Assembly: GCA_001001485.1 (NCBI GenBank) | Contig: LCKO01000001.1 | Location: forward strand, 9,381 to 73,380 | Direction: 5' to 3' | Length of the DNA: 64,000 nt | Origin: Candidatus Collierbacteria bacterium GW2011_GWB2_45_17 | GTDB taxonomy: Bacteria; Patescibacteriota; Microgenomatia; UBA1400; MFAQ01 | In this document: piece by piece, positions 1-8,729 of the stretch | Numbering within the stretch: the first letter of the stretch is position 1 | Layout: each line of letters opens with the position of its first letter | Position numbers and translations under genes: made by a program | The notes under the pieces: generated by a model | Told to the model about the DNA's origin: nothing | The model's database searches: none | What the model saw: the letters and a program-made list of their open reading frames with translations, nothing else

Positions 1-54
1 GAAGCGCGTAAGGAGTATAGGTCAGGCAAAATAAAATCTTGGCCCATTAAATGA
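1..54 (+). CDS. C-terminal fragment of probable antitoxin (partial)
   Basis: Frame 1 reads EARKEYRSGKIKSWPIK*. Its TGA overlaps the ATG of the RelE-like gene (ATGA at 51-54). Confidence 0.55.
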   Translation, partial: EARKEYRSGKIKSWPIK

Positions 55-320
55 AAATTTTAGGCACTACTGCCCGATTTGCTAAGAATTTTGCCAAATT
101 ATGTAAATCTCGCGAAAAGAGGTTCAAAATAATTACCGAGAAGAAGATCGAGCTCTTGCAAGTAGATCCAAATCACAATAGTTTGCGTCTTCACAAAATA
201 AATCTGAAAGGAGATCAAGCTTGGAGCATTAGTATCGATATGAAAATACGGGTATTGTTTGTCTACGAAAAAGACGGCATCGTCTTGGTCAATATCGGCA
301 CCCACGACGAAGTCTACTAA
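51..320 (+). CDS. RelE/YafQ-family mRNA interferase toxin
   Basis: 89 aa, basic; SLRLHKI...WSISIDMKIRVLF...NIGTHDEVY is typical of the RelE/YafQ fold. Confidence 0.8.
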   Translation: MKILGTTARFAKNFAKLCKSREKRFKIITEKKIELLQVDPNHNSLRLHKINLKGDQAWSISIDMKIRVLFVYEKDGIVLVNIGTHDEVY

Positions 321-325
321 CTTAC

Positions 326-964
326 TCAACAAAATCTATTTTCCTTTCCGCGACCCATTTGTCCTTCGACACCTCTTTCTACAAGGTCTTTGGTTAGATT
401 TTCTGGATTTGTATACAGGATTGTTTCAATCCCTAAATCCTTTGCTGGAATTAAATTATTTTCTAAGTCATCAATAAATATTGATTCTTCAGCTAAGGAG
501 TCGCTAATTTTCAACGCATACTTATAAATTTCTGGATCAGGTTTATTGATTCCTACTTTTGACGAAATAATTAAGTGGTCGAAACTCCCTGAAATATTAT
601 ATTTACTGTCTAAATATGGCCACCACTCGTTCGTTTGATCTGACAAAAGAACTAATTTATAACCCCTTGTTCTTAGTTGAGAGTACAGGTGTGCCACACC
701 CTCGTTTGGAGCAAAAAGATCTAATAATTTTATTCTCAATTCCTTCCAGTCGGTTTTAAGATCGATATTACCTAGAAATTTATTCCAAAAATCTTCTTCC
801 TGAATCTTTCCTGAAAAGTATTCTTTATAGTAAGACAAGAAAGCCGTTTTGCCTTTCTCCACTGGAATGCCTAGTTCTCTATCTAGATAATCCCAAAACA
901 ACCAAATTCCTCTATTTAGATAAACACCACCCAAATCAGATATTATTGTTTTATATTTTGACAT
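326..964 (-). CDS. HAD-superfamily phosphatase (YihX-like)
   Basis: ISDLGGV motif I, LLSD, KPDPEIY, FIDDLENN; TATAAT 7 nt before the ATG. Confidence 0.85.
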   Translation of the reverse strand: MSKYKTIISDLGGVYLNRGIWLFWDYLDRELGIPVEKGKTAFLSYYKEYFSGKIQEEDFWNKFLGNIDLKTDWKELRIKLLDLFAPNEGVAHLYSQLRTRGYKLVLLSDQTNEWWPYLDSKYNISGSFDHLIISSKVGINKPDPEIYKYALKISDSLAEESIFIDDLENNLIPAKDLGIETILYTNPENLTKDLVERGVEGQMGRGKENRFC

Positions 965-1044
965 TGTAGATATTATACTTTAGACAATAACTTACCAGAT
1001 ATAAATCTAGTTCAACTTAGTAAAAGCATATATACTAAATCCAG

Positions 1045-2118
1045 ATGGATAATTCTGCCCCAACTTCAGACGCTAATTCAATTGCTCGTCGAGATCTTGA
1101 TATCCTCAATCAGAAACTCGAAGGCGTCGAGATGCCTCCTGAATTGAAGGATAAAGCCCTAGATATGGTCGCTCGTCTGGAACGCATGTTTACCCAAGGG
1201 TTCTACTCCGAAGAGTTTGAAAAAGTCTCACATTACATTGACTGGATCATCAAAATTCCTTGGAATAAAAGAGTCGATCGAGCGATAGACTTAACGGCCA
1301 TCAAAACATCGATGGATAAAAGCCATCACGGCATGGAGTCGGTCAAAGAAAGAATTATCGAGTACATGGCCGTTCTCAAACTTCGTGCTACCAGAAATTT
1401 AGGTGCCGCTCGCGCCCCCATTATCTGTCTCGTCGGTCTCGTCGGTACCGGAAAAACTACTTTTGCTTACGCCCTCTCCGAAGCTCTCGGCCGCCCCATT
1501 GCCCGCATTCCCTTCGGCGGTCTTGGCTCAGCCCGCGACCTTCGCGGTGAGTCTCGTCTCCATATCGAAGCCGAACCGGGCTACGTCGCCCGCGCTCTCT
1601 GTACCGCCGGCGTCAAAAACCCCATTATTCTTCTCGATGAAATTGACCGTGTCACCGAAGAAGCCCGTATGGATATCATGGGTGTACTGGTGGAACTTCT
1701 GGATCCGAGCCAGAACGATCGTTTCCTAGATCACTTTATCGATTATCCGGTCGATCTTTCGGAAGTCATGTTTATCGCCACCGCCAACAACACCGGCAAT
1801 CTGGCCACCGCCGTCATGGATCGTCTCGAACCGATTCAAATGCCCTCCTACACCGACGAAGAAAAAACTCATATTGCCCAAAATTACCTTCTCCCCAAAG
1901 CTCTCTCAGCCGCCGGAATGGATCCGTCTACTATATCTATCGATCCGGCTCTTTGGCCCACTCTCATCCGCCCCCTAGGTTACGACGCCGGTATTCGAAC
2001 TCTGAATCGTACCATCGAGGGTGTAGTACGCAAAGTAGCCACCATGGTGGTCACCGGTCAAGCCAAAACCGTCCAAGTCACCCCCGAAAATGTGAAAGGC
2101 TTCCTCCCCAAATGGTAG
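1045..2118 (+). CDS. Lon-like AAA+ ATPase lacking the N-terminal and protease domains
   Basis: HHGMESVKERIIEY, Walker A GLVGTGKT, Walker B LLDEID, FIATAN; ends where the Lon protease domain would start. Confidence 0.8.
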   Translation: MDNSAPTSDANSIARRDLDILNQKLEGVEMPPELKDKALDMVARLERMFTQGFYSEEFEKVSHYIDWIIKIPWNKRVDRAIDLTAIKTSMDKSHHGMESVKERIIEYMAVLKLRATRNLGAARAPIICLVGLVGTGKTTFAYALSEALGRPIARIPFGGLGSARDLRGESRLHIEAEPGYVARALCTAGVKNPIILLDEIDRVTEEARMDIMGVLVELLDPSQNDRFLDHFIDYPVDLSEVMFIATANNTGNLATAVMDRLEPIQMPSYTDEEKTHIAQNYLLPKALSAAGMDPSTISIDPALWPTLIRPLGYDAGIRTLNRTIEGVVRKVATMVVTGQAKTVQVTPENVKGFLPKW

Positions 2119-2124
2119 TCCATC

Positions 2125-2257
2125 GTCATTGCGAGGAGCAGGGCGACGTGGCTCTCCTGGATACCCCTTGCGGGTAAATCTCACTCCACCAACAAGTCAT
2201 GCCGGACCAGATCCGGCATCCAGGCATTTCTGGATTCTGAATCAAGTTCAGAATGAC
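2125..2257. repeat. Cluster of GTCAT-headed palindromic (REP/RPE-like) units between convergent genes
   Basis: gtcattgcgagg... at 2125 and gtcatgccggaccagatccggcatccag at 2196; on the minus strand, gtcattctgaacttgattcagaatccag starts at 2257. Confidence 0.8.
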
Positions 2258-2258
2258 A

Positions 2259-3635
2259 TTATTTTCCGGTCAATAGTTTTTTCATTTCAAATTCCAGTGC
2301 CTCGGCTCGCTTTTTATTTTTTCCGAAAATAATATAAGAGAGATATCCATCATGGAGCAGATTAGAAGAACAAATCACTAGTCCCTCCTTCGATTTTCTG
2401 GAGAAAAGTATTGGTTTCATTAGTTTGTAAAGTTTTCCAAAAGTAAATTTCTTCTTCAAAGGGAGGGTGAACATGTTATTTGATAAAACAAAACTTTTTT
2501 TGGTAAAGTTTCTCCCCACCAGTTCTTTCCCGGCTTCATAAACATGTGTTCCGCCGGTGACTCTCACATTTGACTCACTCAAAAAAACCTCTCCACCCTT
2601 CTCGGCAATAAAATCCACATCAAAATATCCTCGGTAACCATCTTTACTAAATTGTTCACCAATCAAATACCCAATATCCGTAATTCTGGAAGCCACCCTT
2701 TTTGGCAGGACACCCTCACCTATCTCCACCCCACAAAAAATCCCTTTTTCGTCTACCCTCATGCCACAGTAATACAAAAACTCTACCTCACCATCTTGCC
2801 GGATAAAAAATTCGGCGTTTGGAAAGCCTCCACCGATTCTAGGGTTTGGAATCACAAGCGACTCCACGACAATAGGAAATTTTTCCCAATAAGAGTCTCG
2901 ACTGAGTATTTTGATAATTTTTTTCTCACATTGTGCAAAGTTTTTTGGTAAATCTCCTTTACGGAATATCAACACTCCCGCGCCGGAGTGGCCCTTGTTG
3001 GTTTTGATCACCACCCCACCTTCCTTAATGTATTTATTGGCCGCCATTCCGGCTGTATCAATGATTCCCGAACTCACCACTCCGTTCGGCATCTTCAGAT
3101 CGGCTCGGATCGCTCCGTTTATTTGAGTTAGCTGTCGTATCCCGGACTTACTACCATAAAAATTTACCGTCCAGGCATTTGACTCTTCCGGCGCTTCCGA
3201 GGTTCGGACTTCCACCCCATTTTTTCTAAGCGTCTCAACTAGTCTCAAAAAGTATGGCGTAGTTGAATAACCCGTCAAATTTAATCTTTGATACTCTTTA
3301 CCCAATTGAAGTAGTCTTTCCATCACCGTCTTATCGTTCAAGATGTCTTCACAGAGTCTTCCCGAGTGGTTTTTGGGGACCAGAATTTCTAGATCCCGCA
3401 CCATACACAGTTTCTTGTAATACTCGACAAAAAGAGGATCAATGGATCTGGGTGTAATAAAGGTAAACTCGAACTCCTCAGCCATCGAAAAAAGGTCTTT
3501 GTCTGTCAGGTTGGCGTTTTCTTTTATTTCCCAGGCCTGCAATTTTTTGTCTCCGTAAGCCTCAATAAACGGCCAAACGTCTTCCGACAGGTTAAAAATC
3601 CTCACCACTCGCTCTTTATTTTTTCTCTTCTCCAT
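2259..3635 (-). CDS. ATP-grasp fold protein (pre-ATP-grasp/peptide-ligase-like)
   Basis: VVIKTNKGHSGAGV, VVESLV, GYFDVDFI, ESNVRVTGGT. Confidence 0.7.
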   Translation of the reverse strand: MEKRKNKERVVRIFNLSEDVWPFIEAYGDKKLQAWEIKENANLTDKDLFSMAEEFEFTFITPRSIDPLFVEYYKKLCMVRDLEILVPKNHSGRLCEDILNDKTVMERLLQLGKEYQRLNLTGYSTTPYFLRLVETLRKNGVEVRTSEAPEESNAWTVNFYGSKSGIRQLTQINGAIRADLKMPNGVVSSGIIDTAGMAANKYIKEGGVVIKTNKGHSGAGVLIFRKGDLPKNFAQCEKKIIKILSRDSYWEKFPIVVESLVIPNPRIGGGFPNAEFFIRQDGEVEFLYYCGMRVDEKGIFCGVEIGEGVLPKRVASRITDIGYLIGEQFSKDGYRGYFDVDFIAEKGGEVFLSESNVRVTGGTHVYEAGKELVGRNFTKKSFVLSNNMFTLPLKKKFTFGKLYKLMKPILFSRKSKEGLVICSSNLLHDGYLSYIIFGKNKKRAEALEFEMKKLLTGK

Positions 3636-3752
3636 TTCCTATACAGTTTACATGCTATACTATCCCCAGTCCACGGAAACGCTGTTGAGAGTGAATTGTC
3701 TGAGTTCCCCCCAAAACTAACCGTAAACTAGGATTATTAGTATAATAAAATT

Positions 3753-5405
3753 ATGTCTCAACTTAAGTTGATTCCTCTCGGCGGTGTTGGTTCGGTCACC
3801 AAAAATATGTACGTTTACGAATACGGTGATGACCAGTTGGTCATCGACTGCGGTATGGGCTTCCCCAAAGACAATGCTCTTGGTGTGGATTCAGTCATTC
3901 CCGACATTAGTTACTTGGAAAAACCGGGCAAAAGACTGCTCGGTATCGTTCTGACTCACCCTCACATGGATCACATCGGAGGCCTGCCTTACATTCTCCC
4001 TCGTCTCAAAGAGGTTGAGGTCTTTGGTGGCAAGCTAGCCATTGCCATGGCCGAAATTCGGGTTCGTGAGTTTGGCATTCCCAATCGTATGACTCCAGTC
4101 GAGGGAACACTGGATCTGGGACCTTTTCACATTCAGTTTATTCACTCGACTCACTCGGTCCCGAACTGTTTCCATTTATTAATCAAGACTCCGGCCGGAA
4201 CTGTCTATCACGGCGCCGATTACAAGTTTGATCTCACCCCTATCGACAATCTCCCTCCGGATCTAGGAGCCATGGCCGCCGCCGGCAATAACGGTGTCGA
4301 CCTTATGCTTACCGACTGCTTGGGTATCGAAAAGTCCGGTTTTTGTCCTTCGGAGAGAACTTTGATGGGAGCCATCGATAACGAAATCAGAAATACTCAG
4401 GGAAAACTTATCTTCACCACCATGTCTTCATCGATCTCACGATTTCAAATTGCTATCGACTCTTCGGTCAAGTACCATCGTCGCATCGCCATCATTGGTC
4501 GATCCGTCGAACAGAACATTGAGGCCGCCGCCAAAACCGGTTTTATCAAAATCCCGAATGGTGTTTTGATCAAACCTGCCCAGATTGCCGATCTGCCAGC
4601 CAATCAAGTCACCATTCTTATCTCCGGCTCCCAAGGCCAGTCCGGTTCAGCCATGCATCGGCTGGCTAACAACGAACATCGGCTGGCTAACTTGAAAAAA
4701 GGCGACAAGGTTATCATCAGCTCCAACGCTATCCCTGGTACCGGCAACGACGCCGACATTTTTGACCTTATGGACACCTTGTACAAAAACAGTATCGATG
4801 TTGTTTACTCCGGTACTTCGGAAAATCTTCACGTCTCTGGTCATGGCTACCGAGGTGACATGGCTCTACTGGCTCGTTTAATCCGACCCAGGAACATTAT
4901 CCCCATCGGTGGCGATCTCCGTCATATGATGCTTTATAAAAATCTTGCCAAAGATTTGAACATGGATGCAGAAAAGGTTTTTGTACTTTCCGAGGGTCAG
5001 TCCATCATTCTCGAAGACCATGTCGTTAAAGAAGGTCCCAAGTTCGAAACAAAAAATATCTATGTTGATGGTCTGGGTATCGGTGACGTTGGCACCGTGG
5101 TTCTACGTGACCGTCAGGTCATGTCTGAAGATGGCATTCTTCTCACGATTGTCCCCATTAGGCGCGACAACTCCCAGGTGGGCGGTGATATCGAGATTAT
5201 TTCTCGAGGCTTCGTCTATCAAAAGGAGTCTCAAGATCTCATTCGCGATGCCCGCAAGCAGGTGCAAAACTGTCTGAAAGATATCAAGGGACCGGCCACC
5301 GACTGGGGCTTCCTCCGAAAGAAGATCGAAAGCCAGCTGGAAAAATTTGCCTTCGACCATACCCAGCGCCGCCCCCTCGTCATCGCCATTTTGATCGAGG
5401 TTTAG
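3753..5405 (+). CDS. rnj: Ribonuclease J
   Basis: PLGGVGSVTKNM, HPHMDHIG, THSVP, GSQGQ, HVSGH, RRPLVIAIL. Confidence 0.95.
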   Translation: MSQLKLIPLGGVGSVTKNMYVYEYGDDQLVIDCGMGFPKDNALGVDSVIPDISYLEKPGKRLLGIVLTHPHMDHIGGLPYILPRLKEVEVFGGKLAIAMAEIRVREFGIPNRMTPVEGTLDLGPFHIQFIHSTHSVPNCFHLLIKTPAGTVYHGADYKFDLTPIDNLPPDLGAMAAAGNNGVDLMLTDCLGIEKSGFCPSERTLMGAIDNEIRNTQGKLIFTTMSSSISRFQIAIDSSVKYHRRIAIIGRSVEQNIEAAAKTGFIKIPNGVLIKPAQIADLPANQVTILISGSQGQSGSAMHRLANNEHRLANLKKGDKVIISSNAIPGTGNDADIFDLMDTLYKNSIDVVYSGTSENLHVSGHGYRGDMALLARLIRPRNIIPIGGDLRHMMLYKNLAKDLNMDAEKVFVLSEGQSIILEDHVVKEGPKFETKNIYVDGLGIGDVGTVVLRDRQVMSEDGILLTIVPIRRDNSQVGGDIEIISRGFVYQKESQDLIRDARKQVQNCLKDIKGPATDWGFLRKKIESQLEKFAFDHTQRRPLVIAILIEV

Positions 5406-5409
5406 CCAC

Positions 5410-5439
5410 TTGACTTCGGGTAATTTTTGGTAGTAAACT
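5410..5439 (+). promoter_or_regulatory. Sigma70-like promoter right after the rnj stop
   Basis: TTGACT-18 nt-TAAACT; duplicated at 6634-6664. Confidence 0.6.
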
Positions 5440-5448
5440 TGTTGCAGA

Positions 5449-5480
5449 TGTCAATTGACATTATGATAAATTTATCATAA
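5449..5480. promoter_or_regulatory. Palindromic operator candidates upstream of the TA pair
   Basis: Perfect palindromes TGTCAATTGACA (5449-5460) and TTATGATAAATTTATCATAA (5461-5480). Confidence 0.6.
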
Positions 5481-5483
5481 AAT

Positions 5484-5780
5484 ATGAAACTAGAGATCGA
5501 CAAAAGAGTTCTTAATTTTCTCAAAAAAATCCCCCTCAAGGACTCCACGAAGGCTCTTAGTTACATCGAACTCTTCGAAAAATATCAGTTTAATCTGGAC
5601 GCCAGATATTTAAAAAAAGTGTCTGGTCCAGTCTGGGAACTAAGGCCAGGCAGAATAAGGCTTTACTTATTAGTCAAGTCACCCAGACAAATTGTTATTT
5701 ACGCTATTATCAAAAAATCACAAAAAATTACCAAAGCAGATCTAAAAACAATTCAGTCAAGGCTGAGCGAATATCTATGA
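5484..5780 (+). CDS. RelE/HigB (gp49-like) toxin
   Basis: KKVSGPVWELRPGRIRLY...KKSQKI; toxin-first order with an HTH partner. Confidence 0.8.
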   Translation: MKLEIDKRVLNFLKKIPLKDSTKALSYIELFEKYQFNLDARYLKKVSGPVWELRPGRIRLYLLVKSPRQIVIYAIIKKSQKITKADLKTIQSRLSEYL

Positions 5781-6067
5781 AAACCAACCCAAAAACTATA
5801 TCTGTTTCAGAACTCAAAAAGGAGCTTCTAAAAAATAAAAACTTTAAACTTGAATACGAGTCCAAACTTCCTGAGTCTCAAATTGCCTGTCAAGTAATTG
5901 AGGCAAGGCTTAAACAAAACATGTCCCAGGTTGAGCTTGCAAACAAAATTCATTCCGGTCAGGCAGTTATCTCCCGCTTGGAAAGCTTGAACTCCAAACC
6001 ATCCCTCTCGCTTCTGATCAAAATCGCCAAAGCTCTCGACACAAAAATAAACCTATCGATCGGATAA
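5777..6067 (+). CDS. XRE-family HTH antitoxin (HigA-like)
   Basis: ARLKQNMSQVELANKIHSGQAVISRLES...PSLSLLIKIAKAL. Confidence 0.85.
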   Translation: MKTNPKTISVSELKKELLKNKNFKLEYESKLPESQIACQVIEARLKQNMSQVELANKIHSGQAVISRLESLNSKPSLSLLIKIAKALDTKINLSIG

Positions 6068-6068
6068 T

Positions 6069-6116
6069 CACACCCAGCGCCACCTCCTCGTCATCGCGAT
6101 TTTAATCGAGGTCTAA
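6069..6116 (+). repeat. Displaced copy of the rnj 3' end (copy B)
   Basis: Reads HTQRHLLVIAILIEV* versus native HTQRRPLVIAILIEV* (5358-5405). Confidence 0.9.
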
Positions 6117-6122
6117 ATATTC

Positions 6123-6194
6123 GTCATTCCGAGTTTCGTACCCGAACCGAAGCAATCTCACTCTCTGTCATTCCGGGCTTGACCCGGAATCCAG
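6123..6194 (+). repeat. Two GTCAT-headed hairpin units
   Basis: gtcattccgagtttcgtacccgaaccgaagcaatctc; gtcattccgggcttgacccggaatccag. Confidence 0.85.
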
Positions 6195-6223
6195 AAAATT
6201 AATTATTTTGATAAAATTCACGC

Positions 6224-6625
6224 ATGGTTAAAAATATTTCTATTGCTCTGTTTCACGATAAAGAATCGATTGTAATGCAAGATAGAAAATCTAGGTCAAA
6301 ATATGGTGAGAGGTATGGTTTTTGGGGTGGCGGTGTTGAAATAGGAGAAACTCCCCTAGAATCAATTAAAAGGGAATTAATTGAAGAGCTTGACTACAAA
6401 CCTCCCAAACTAATCTACTGGCGAGACTATAATTTTATTGTTGGCAACGACGACATTATTCTTCATCTGTTTTTATCGCCAATCACTCCAGAGTTACTTA
6501 AATCTCAAGTTTCCGAAGGTGACGGAGTGGTCAACTTTAGTTTTCAAGAAATACTTGCAAGTGAAAAATTTGACAAAATAGATAAAGCTATTATTTCTCT
6601 TTTAATTTCACATCTAAAAACATAA
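6224..6625 (+). CDS. NUDIX hydrolase
   Basis: GGGVEIGETPLESIKRELIEEL Nudix box. Confidence 0.85.
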   Translation: MVKNISIALFHDKESIVMQDRKSRSKYGERYGFWGGGVEIGETPLESIKRELIEELDYKPPKLIYWRDYNFIVGNDDIILHLFLSPITPELLKSQVSEGDGVVNFSFQEILASEKFDKIDKAIISLLISHLKT

Positions 6626-6633
6626 AGTAATCT

Positions 6634-6664
6634 CTTGACTTCGGGTAATATTTGGTGTTAAATT
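6634..6664 (+). promoter_or_regulatory. Duplicate of the post-rnj promoter, driving a leaderless Bro-N gene
   Basis: cttgacttcgggtaatatttggt matches 5409-5431 at 22/23; TAAATT 6 nt before the ATG. Confidence 0.7.
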
Positions 6665-6670
6665 GTAATT

Positions 6671-7498
6671 ATGGATACTTTAAACAGAATTGCAATTTTT
6701 CGGGGAAAGAAAATTAGAAAAGTTATTTTCCTCAACGAATGGTGGTTTTCTGTAGTAGATATTTGCGGAGCTCTTATCGATAGTCCAGATCCTGGTGCCT
6801 ATTGGAGAAAACTTAAACAAAGACTTATTTCAGAAGGAAGCCAAGTCGTGACATTTTGTCACGGGTTGAAATTACCAGCTCCTGATGGAAAAATGCGCGA
6901 AACAGATTGTGCTAACACCGAAGGCATCTTCCGTATCATCCAGTCCATTCCTTCTCCCAAAGCGGAGCCATTTAAAATGTGGTTAGCTAAAGTTGGTTAC
7001 GAAAGGGTTCAAGAGATAGAAGACCCAGAACTAGCCACCAAACGCACCAGAGCTCTCTACAAGGCCAAAGGCTATCCAGATTCCTGGATCGAAAAACGAA
7101 TGCGGGGTATTGTCATCCGCGAAGAATTAACCGAGGAGTGGCAACAAAGGGGAGTAAGGCAAAAAAAAGATTACGAAATTCTAACTTCCGAAATCTCCAA
7201 AGCCACTTTCGGCGTCACTCCCAAAGAATACAAAAATCTAAAAGGCTTAGAGCGCGAAAATCTAAGAGATCATATGGACGACTTTGAACTCATTTTTACC
7301 ATGTTGGGGGAGCGTTCTACTACCGAAATCCACCGCAATGAAAATTCCCAAGGCGTTCCAAAACTAAAAAAAGATGCCAACAGGGGAGGCAGAGTCGCAG
7401 GCGTTGCCAGAAAAGAGCTCGAAAAAGAAATCGGCAGATCAGTAGTAACAAAAACTAACTTCCTCTCAAAACCTAAAAAGAGATTGAAAGCCAGCTAG
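6671..7498 (+). CDS. Bro-N domain protein (phage antirepressor-like)
   Basis: EWWFSVVDI, YWRKLKQRL, RIIQSIPSPKAEPFKMWLA, NLRDHM. Confidence 0.85.
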   Translation: MDTLNRIAIFRGKKIRKVIFLNEWWFSVVDICGALIDSPDPGAYWRKLKQRLISEGSQVVTFCHGLKLPAPDGKMRETDCANTEGIFRIIQSIPSPKAEPFKMWLAKVGYERVQEIEDPELATKRTRALYKAKGYPDSWIEKRMRGIVIREELTEEWQQRGVRQKKDYEILTSEISKATFGVTPKEYKNLKGLERENLRDHMDDFELIFTMLGERSTTEIHRNENSQGVPKLKKDANRGGRVAGVARKELEKEIGRSVVTKTNFLSKPKKRLKAS

Positions 7499-7564
7499 AA
7501 AAATTTGCCTTCGACCACACCCAGCGCCGCCCCCCCAGTCATCGGCATCTTCATCGAGGTCTAG
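7481..7564 (+). repeat. Displaced copy of the rnj 3' end (copy C)
   Basis: 84 nt aligning to 5323-5405, with mostly synonymous differences and one indel. Confidence 0.92.
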
Positions 7565-7580
7565 TTAACTCCTCCATCGT

Positions 7581-7603
7581 CCTGCAAGGACAGTCCTTGC
7601 AGG
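7581..7603. repeat. Perfect palindrome (REP-like) between convergent genes
   Basis: CCTGCAAGGAC-A-GTCCTTGCAGG. Confidence 0.7.
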
Positions 7604-7630
7604 CAAGAAAGCGACAAGGACTAAATAAGT

Positions 7631-8056
7631 TTAGATATCGGAGTTTGATCTGTAGATTACCCCTGAAAAGTAGTTATCAAGAGCATCCTTTGACGCTACA
7701 AATAGATTGTCGGGTAATTTACTTTCTGGGAACCATGTAAGTTCCGAGTGTATCTCCGGCTCCATGTTCTTAGGGGTTCCCTCATAAGACTCGGCTAGGA
7801 ATACAAAAACAATGTAGTGATTTCCCATTTTCATATTTGGGGTTACAGATACCAACTCACTAATTCTTACATTTATTCCGAGCTCCTCTTTACATTCTCG
7901 TGTCACACACTGTTCAAATGTCTCACCAAATTCAATGTGACCACCGGGTAATTCCCATTCTCCAAATCCAAACTCTTTCTTCCTTTTAGATAATAGAATT
8001 TCCCCCTTATCGTTTTTGATAATTATTTGCGTTCCCAAACCAATGTGTTTTTCCAT
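7631..8056 (-). CDS. NUDIX hydrolase (MutT-like)
   Basis: WELPGGHIEFGETFEQCVTRECKEELG. Confidence 0.88.
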   Translation of the reverse strand: MEKHIGLGTQIIIKNDKGEILLSKRKKEFGFGEWELPGGHIEFGETFEQCVTRECKEELGINVRISELVSVTPNMKMGNHYIVFVFLAESYEGTPKNMEPEIHSELTWFPESKLPDNLFVASKDALDNYFSGVIYRSNSDI

Positions 8057-8058
8057 TT

Positions 8059-8673
8059 TTATATAATTTTTTCTAATTCTACAATGTTTCTTACTACATA
8101 ATCAGGGTTCTTATTTCTGAGTTTTTGCTCCATATTCAGACCCCATGTGACTGCAACAGATTTAACTCCTAGCTCTTTTCCCGCCATAATTTCATTGTAA
8201 CTATCTCCAACTATATAAGTATTATCGAAGTCAAGACTGTTTTTGTTGATTAGTTCCCGAAGGGCATCTGACTTTTCGTGAACCTTAGTCACAACATCGT
8301 CAAAAACACTATCAAGGTTAAATCTCTTTAGCTCAGGAAAAAACGAATCTGGCAAGTCAGACGTAATTACGGCCACATAATCACCCCGATTCTTAATTTT
8401 TTTAATCAGTGCTACTATTCCGGGGAATGCTCCAGCTTCAGGGTAGCCTTTGTCTGACACACCTTCCCTATATGCAGACTGTATTTCTTCAATATCAAGT
8501 TTTGGAAGATATTTTTTAAAAAAGATCATATAAGGCTCTTCCCAGCTCACTTTTAGCTCCTCAGCAGAAAGTTCTCTAATCTCATATTTTCTGAAAATTC
8601 TATTTACTACCCAGTGATGGCTATTAAAAGCATCTTTGATAACTCCAGATCAGTCAAAAATAATATTTTTCAT
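8059..8673 (-). pseudogene. HAD phosphatase with an in-frame TGA at codon 8
   Basis: ATG at 8673 gives MKNIIFD*SGVIKD..., in frame with ORF 8059-8550 (VGDSYNEI, AVTWG). Confidence 0.75.
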
Positions 8674-8729
8674 AGTTTCAATCGATTTTATCTAATAAGA
8701 GCATACATAGTTTATACTAGAAACTATCT

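Noticed and set aside
6671-7498. Prophage around the Bro-N, KilA-N or baseplate-like genes
   Set aside because: No integrase, terminase, capsid or tail cluster; each gene is isolated among core genes.
8650-8652. Genome-wide UGA recoding (code 4/25) or selenocysteine
   Set aside because: TGA ends alaS, rpoB, rplQ and others at expected positions, Trp is TGG throughout, and the position is not a Cys site.
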